Of a stretch of 64,000 nucleotides of DNA, positions 61,901 to 64,000 are shown piece by piece. The notes under the pieces were generated by a model. That model searched no databases and had not been told where the DNA came from. It saw only the letters and a program-made list of their open reading frames with translations. Each line of letters starts with the position of its first letter. The first letter of the stretch is position 1. The stretch comes from Omnitrophica WOR_2 bacterium GWF2_43_52 (GTDB lineage: Bacteria; Omnitrophota; Gorgyraeia; Gygaellales; UBA12090): NCBI GenBank assembly GCA_001805445.1, contig MHGF01000035.1:25279-89278 (forward strand). Direction: 5' to 3'. Position numbers and translations under genes: made by a program.

Positions 61901-64000
61901 GCCTCAAGCGCTACTACATCAGTAGGAGCTAATTTAAGCGGTTTAACCTCAAACACTACCTATTATTATAGGGTAGTAGCTGTTAATAGCGCAGGCACTA
62001 CTAATGGGAATGAGATGTCTTTTACTACTACAGCTGCTTTAGATATTACCTCTCCCAGTGTCCCGCAGAATCTTACCGCAGCAGCAGTTTCTTCTTCCCG
62101 CATAGACCTTTCCTGGAGTGCTTCTACCGATAATGTGGGTGTTGCTGGGTATAAAGTTTACCGTGGAGCAAGCCAAATAGCTTCCGTAACGTCCGGGACA
62201 ACTTATTCAGACATTGGACTCTCCGCGAATACCAGTTATTCTTACACTGTTTCTGCTTACGACGCCGCTGGCAAGAGTAGCGCGCAAAGCAGTTCTGTTA
62301 GCGCTACAACATTGTCTGCTGCGGACACCATCGCCCCAATTATCTCTAATATATCTTCTTCTGGTATTACCTATAACTCTGTCACTATAACCTGGACCAC
62401 CAATGAAAACTCCGATAGCCAGGTGGAATACGGGCCAACAACATCCTATGGTCAGACAACAGCTCTCAACGCCATCTTGGTAGCTTCCCATACCGTCAAT
62501 TTGAGCGGCCTTTCTGCTAATACTCTCTATCATTACCGGGTAAAGTCGCGCGATGCCGCGGGGAATTTGGCAACATCTGTGGATTATAAATTTACCACCA
62601 GTACTATAGGATCAGGAGATATTATTACCATTAATCCCCAAATAACCTATCAAACTATGATTGGATGGGAGGCGGCGGCTGATGCCGCTTTAACTAATAC
62701 AAATGGGGTCGATCCTGCTAAGTATAAGGACGAACTTCTAGACGTAGTTGTTAATGATATAGGCATAAACCAGATACAGTTAGGAATATTCCCCAGTGGA
62801 GAAAATAGCGTGGATTACTGGAGCCAATACCAAAATAGCCCTCAATCTCAAAGTGATTATGATACATGGAGAGCGAACCGTCAGACAACGGTCAATGACG
62901 ACAATGACCCCAATAACATTAATTGGAATGGTTTTAAATTTTCAAAGTTGGATGATGAGATGGATAATATGGTAGTTCCTTTAAGGCAGCTATTAACTGC
63001 TAAAGGTGAACAGTTACACTTTAATTTGCGTTATGTTGCTTATACAGCTCAAAGTACGGGTGTTTCCATAGGACAAAAGTATGATCATGATGACCCTCAA
63101 GAGTATGCTGAATATATACTGGCTGTTTTCCTTCACCTGAAGAATAAATACGGTTTTGTGCCTGATGCCTTGACGATAATTAATGAGCCTGATAATTCAG
63201 CTGCCAGAGAATGGGTTCAACAGGGAGCGCGAGGGACATTGATTGGCCGGGCTATTGTTGCTGTGGGGGATAAGTTAAAGCAAAACGGCTTTTCACCGAG
63301 GATTCTTGCTCCAGAAACAATGAGCATTGCTAAAGCTTCTTCAGTTGATTACTTTGACAATATGGTCAGTATCTCAGGGGTCACGCAATACCTTTCAGAG
63401 ATTACTTACCATAGATATGTAAATAGCGGTAACCCGGATGCCGATCTTCAGGCGATTGCCAATAAAGCCGCGCAGTATGGCCTTGACACGGGCATGCATG
63501 AATACTGGAATCCAGCTAATAGTTATCAAATCCTGCATAAAGATATTAAAATTGGAAAGAATTCCTCTTGGCAACAAGGAACGCTGGGGGGGCTTAAGAG
63601 TTGGGCATCTTCTTTATATGGGACAACCCCTTTATATACTATTGATGATACTGACCCAGCCAATCCAACCCTTGCAATTACTCCGATGACTAAGTTTACC
63701 CGGCAGTATTACAAATTTATTCGTAAGGGAGCAATAAGAATTGACGCTACAAGCAATAACACCAACTTTGATCCTGTGGCTTTTGTCAATACCAACGGAA
63801 AATATGTGGTGGTGGTTAATGCAAATACAGGAGGAACATTCTCTATTAAAAATTTACCTGCTGGAAATTATGGGATTAAATATACTACTCTGAATCAATA
63901 TGATATAGATTTAACGGATCAGGATATATCATCCGGCCAAACACTTACCACCAATATCCCCGCGGCAGGGGTTATCACAATATATGGAAAAACCATTCAA
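58949..64000 (+). CDS. giant secreted multi-catalytic glycoside hydrolase (GH5 domain + Ig/Fn3 modules + second clan GH-A TIM-barrel with beta-sandwich), 3'-truncated by window end
   Basis: ATG 58949 after AGAGGGG. Signal peptide. GH5 acid/base LANEP (about 60091) and nucleophile VGEFS (about 60466). One CWYKD-type module (TVYAWFKDTAGGV). Two Fn3 domains (about 62040-62580). Second catalytic domain with INEPD and GMHEYW. Open in frame 2 to position 64000 with no stop. Confidence 0.7.
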   Translation, partial: MKQIIKFLGLVLLVVTQVSLSSALAAVTTTTTYNDGDILFSDDFENTSTNSMAFSGGTFPTVSAIGHNNITSTCMEVSVTTANAKSGKMATFTFPSTDASALSPSYIEISGWAKASNVVSVTSTTGSARASVKINNVGFALKFFLLPAQWEQFVMLVPIPLPPKPPATITVNTINLNLGLWEASGTVLFDDLQIKLVKKIPMDSNKNYAGAYQQYYTGHPINPVVSDASQADTYFRGMHHSDTFFRTQSPKEGLEVLGRKWNANIFRWMLECPAGNSNIDNQYTLSYDSGPVTITNPTTGSKTTYKYGTYWDILDDALARLDEALKYAQQYGLKVVVNLAGLSGGLFESKANQDKFVQVWQKIADRYKVGSQYSDAIYGYDLANEPFVNGGWQKWTGAAGVLVWDDLSEKTAQAINAIDNTKTIIIEPWLNGPAGFSFQVPINASKVVYSVHMYKPNVFTGQTSITGFDWPFTDPITKQYYDKTTLINMLNTVKTFQTTYNAHIYVGEFSATRWAGPTRPKTAAYKYIKDCVEIFEANKWDWTYFGFRSTGWSAEDDDNINTYNKGFFSSSFEGKPNSREQLLRMYFAKNQNPYTLSNASLPLSSLTINSIYNYTNFYAGYNDASSTSVKLKLSGVLSIDEVNNFTGYYVSNSNMLPSALAVWNSIPASNFFFDNTINHTLTSGNGLKTVYAWFKDTAGGVFGPVTDTINLNTSLTAKIKPTITITEPTTMDNYTTTQPYPNLRCIIVDDVALASFNQITIPPTYTINNGQSKNLFSAKNQTNSSDPEDPNEWYANPTLFPGTNVITVTGKDNDNNTATDTINITYNPILINIISPTSDVTYTTANSTLDIKGIASDKAGVINKVEWSNDGGLSYLPIAFTTVTGNTTWSVTGISLVSGNNDIGVKATDNAGNTATDSLSVTYNSSSVTAPTATTNQATNIAVDSATLNGLVNPNGSDTNVYFEYGTTSGNYSGQINANPNSISASSATTSVGANLSGLTSNTTYYYRVVAVNSAGTTNGNEMSFTTTAALDITSPSVPQNLTAAAVSSSRIDLSWSASTDNVGVAGYKVYRGASQIASVTSGTTYSDIGLSANTSYSYTVSAYDAAGKSSAQSSSVSATTLSAADTIAPIISNISSSGITYNSVTITWTTNENSDSQVEYGPTTSYGQTTALNAILVASHTVNLSGLSANTLYHYRVKSRDAAGNLATSVDYKFTTSTIGSGDIITINPQITYQTMIGWEAAADAALTNTNGVDPAKYKDELLDVVVNDIGINQIQLGIFPSGENSVDYWSQYQNSPQSQSDYDTWRANRQTTVNDDNDPNNINWNGFKFSKLDDEMDNMVVPLRQLLTAKGEQLHFNLRYVAYTAQSTGVSIGQKYDHDDPQEYAEYILAVFLHLKNKYGFVPDALTIINEPDNSAAREWVQQGARGTLIGRAIVAVGDKLKQNGFSPRILAPETMSIAKASSVDYFDNMVSISGVTQYLSEITYHRYVNSGNPDADLQAIANKAAQYGLDTGMHEYWNPANSYQILHKDIKIGKNSSWQQGTLGGLKSWASSLYGTTPLYTIDDTDPANPTLAITPMTKFTRQYYKFIRKGAIRIDATSNNTNFDPVAFVNTNGKYVVVVNANTGGTFSIKNLPAGNYGIKYTTLNQYDIDLTDQDISSGQTLTTNIPAAGVITIYGKTIQ

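Noticed and set aside
1-64000. CRISPR arrays, rRNA genes, IS/transposase or integrase genes
   Set aside because: No regularly spaced direct repeats with unique spacers, no rRNA-like segments, and no transposase or recombinase-like ORFs were seen. The repeats found are palindromic hairpins or protein-domain repeats.

Overview
All annotated features lie on the + strand. The core of this 64-kb window is the classical bacterial translation and transcription gene array. It runs tRNA-Thr, rpmG, tRNA-Trp, secE, nusG, rplKAJL, rpoBC, the str operon (rpsL, rpsG, fusA, tuf), the S10 and spc operons, secY, adk, map, infA, rpmJ, and the alpha operon (rpsM, rpsK, rpsD, rpoA, rplQ). No L30 gene sits between rpsE and rplO. 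The 5' end of the window (103-6173) carries a secreted HExxH metallopeptidase followed by a type II secretion / type IV pilus-like module (GspG, I-like, J-like, K-like pseudopilins, a GspL/PilMN-like and a GspM/PilO-like assembly protein). The pseudopilin prepilin motifs (KG|FTLIE) sit behind unusually long upstream sequences that stay open in frame and are packed with palindromic and tandem repeats. After the ribosomal array come an aminotransferase, a leuC-pilT-leuD-leuB-like-mdh block, and a ~480-bp non-coding stretch. That stretch holds a near-consensus promoter/terminator pair (candidate small RNA) and a small ribbon-helix-helix gene. Downstream is a cluster of four large secreted multidomain proteins that reuse the same beta-sandwich repeat modules. 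These comprise a tandem alkaline-phosphatase-superfamily protein, a 1188-aa beta-helix protein, a 2252-aa S8 protease / beta-propeller / cadherin-like repeat protein with an acidic tail, and a >1684-aa protein with a GH5 domain and a second clan GH-A domain that runs off the window. Several non-coding motif families recur: a CCGCCAC..TGGCGG palindrome, a CCCCG..AAAC/GTTT..CGGGG hairpin, near-identical leaders upstream of rpsG and rpsM and upstream of rplL and rpoA, and twin consensus promoters. The gene content and the giant repeat proteins resemble uncultivated lineages such as Omnitrophota, but this is inference only. No CRISPR array, rRNA, or recognisable transposase or integrase was seen.
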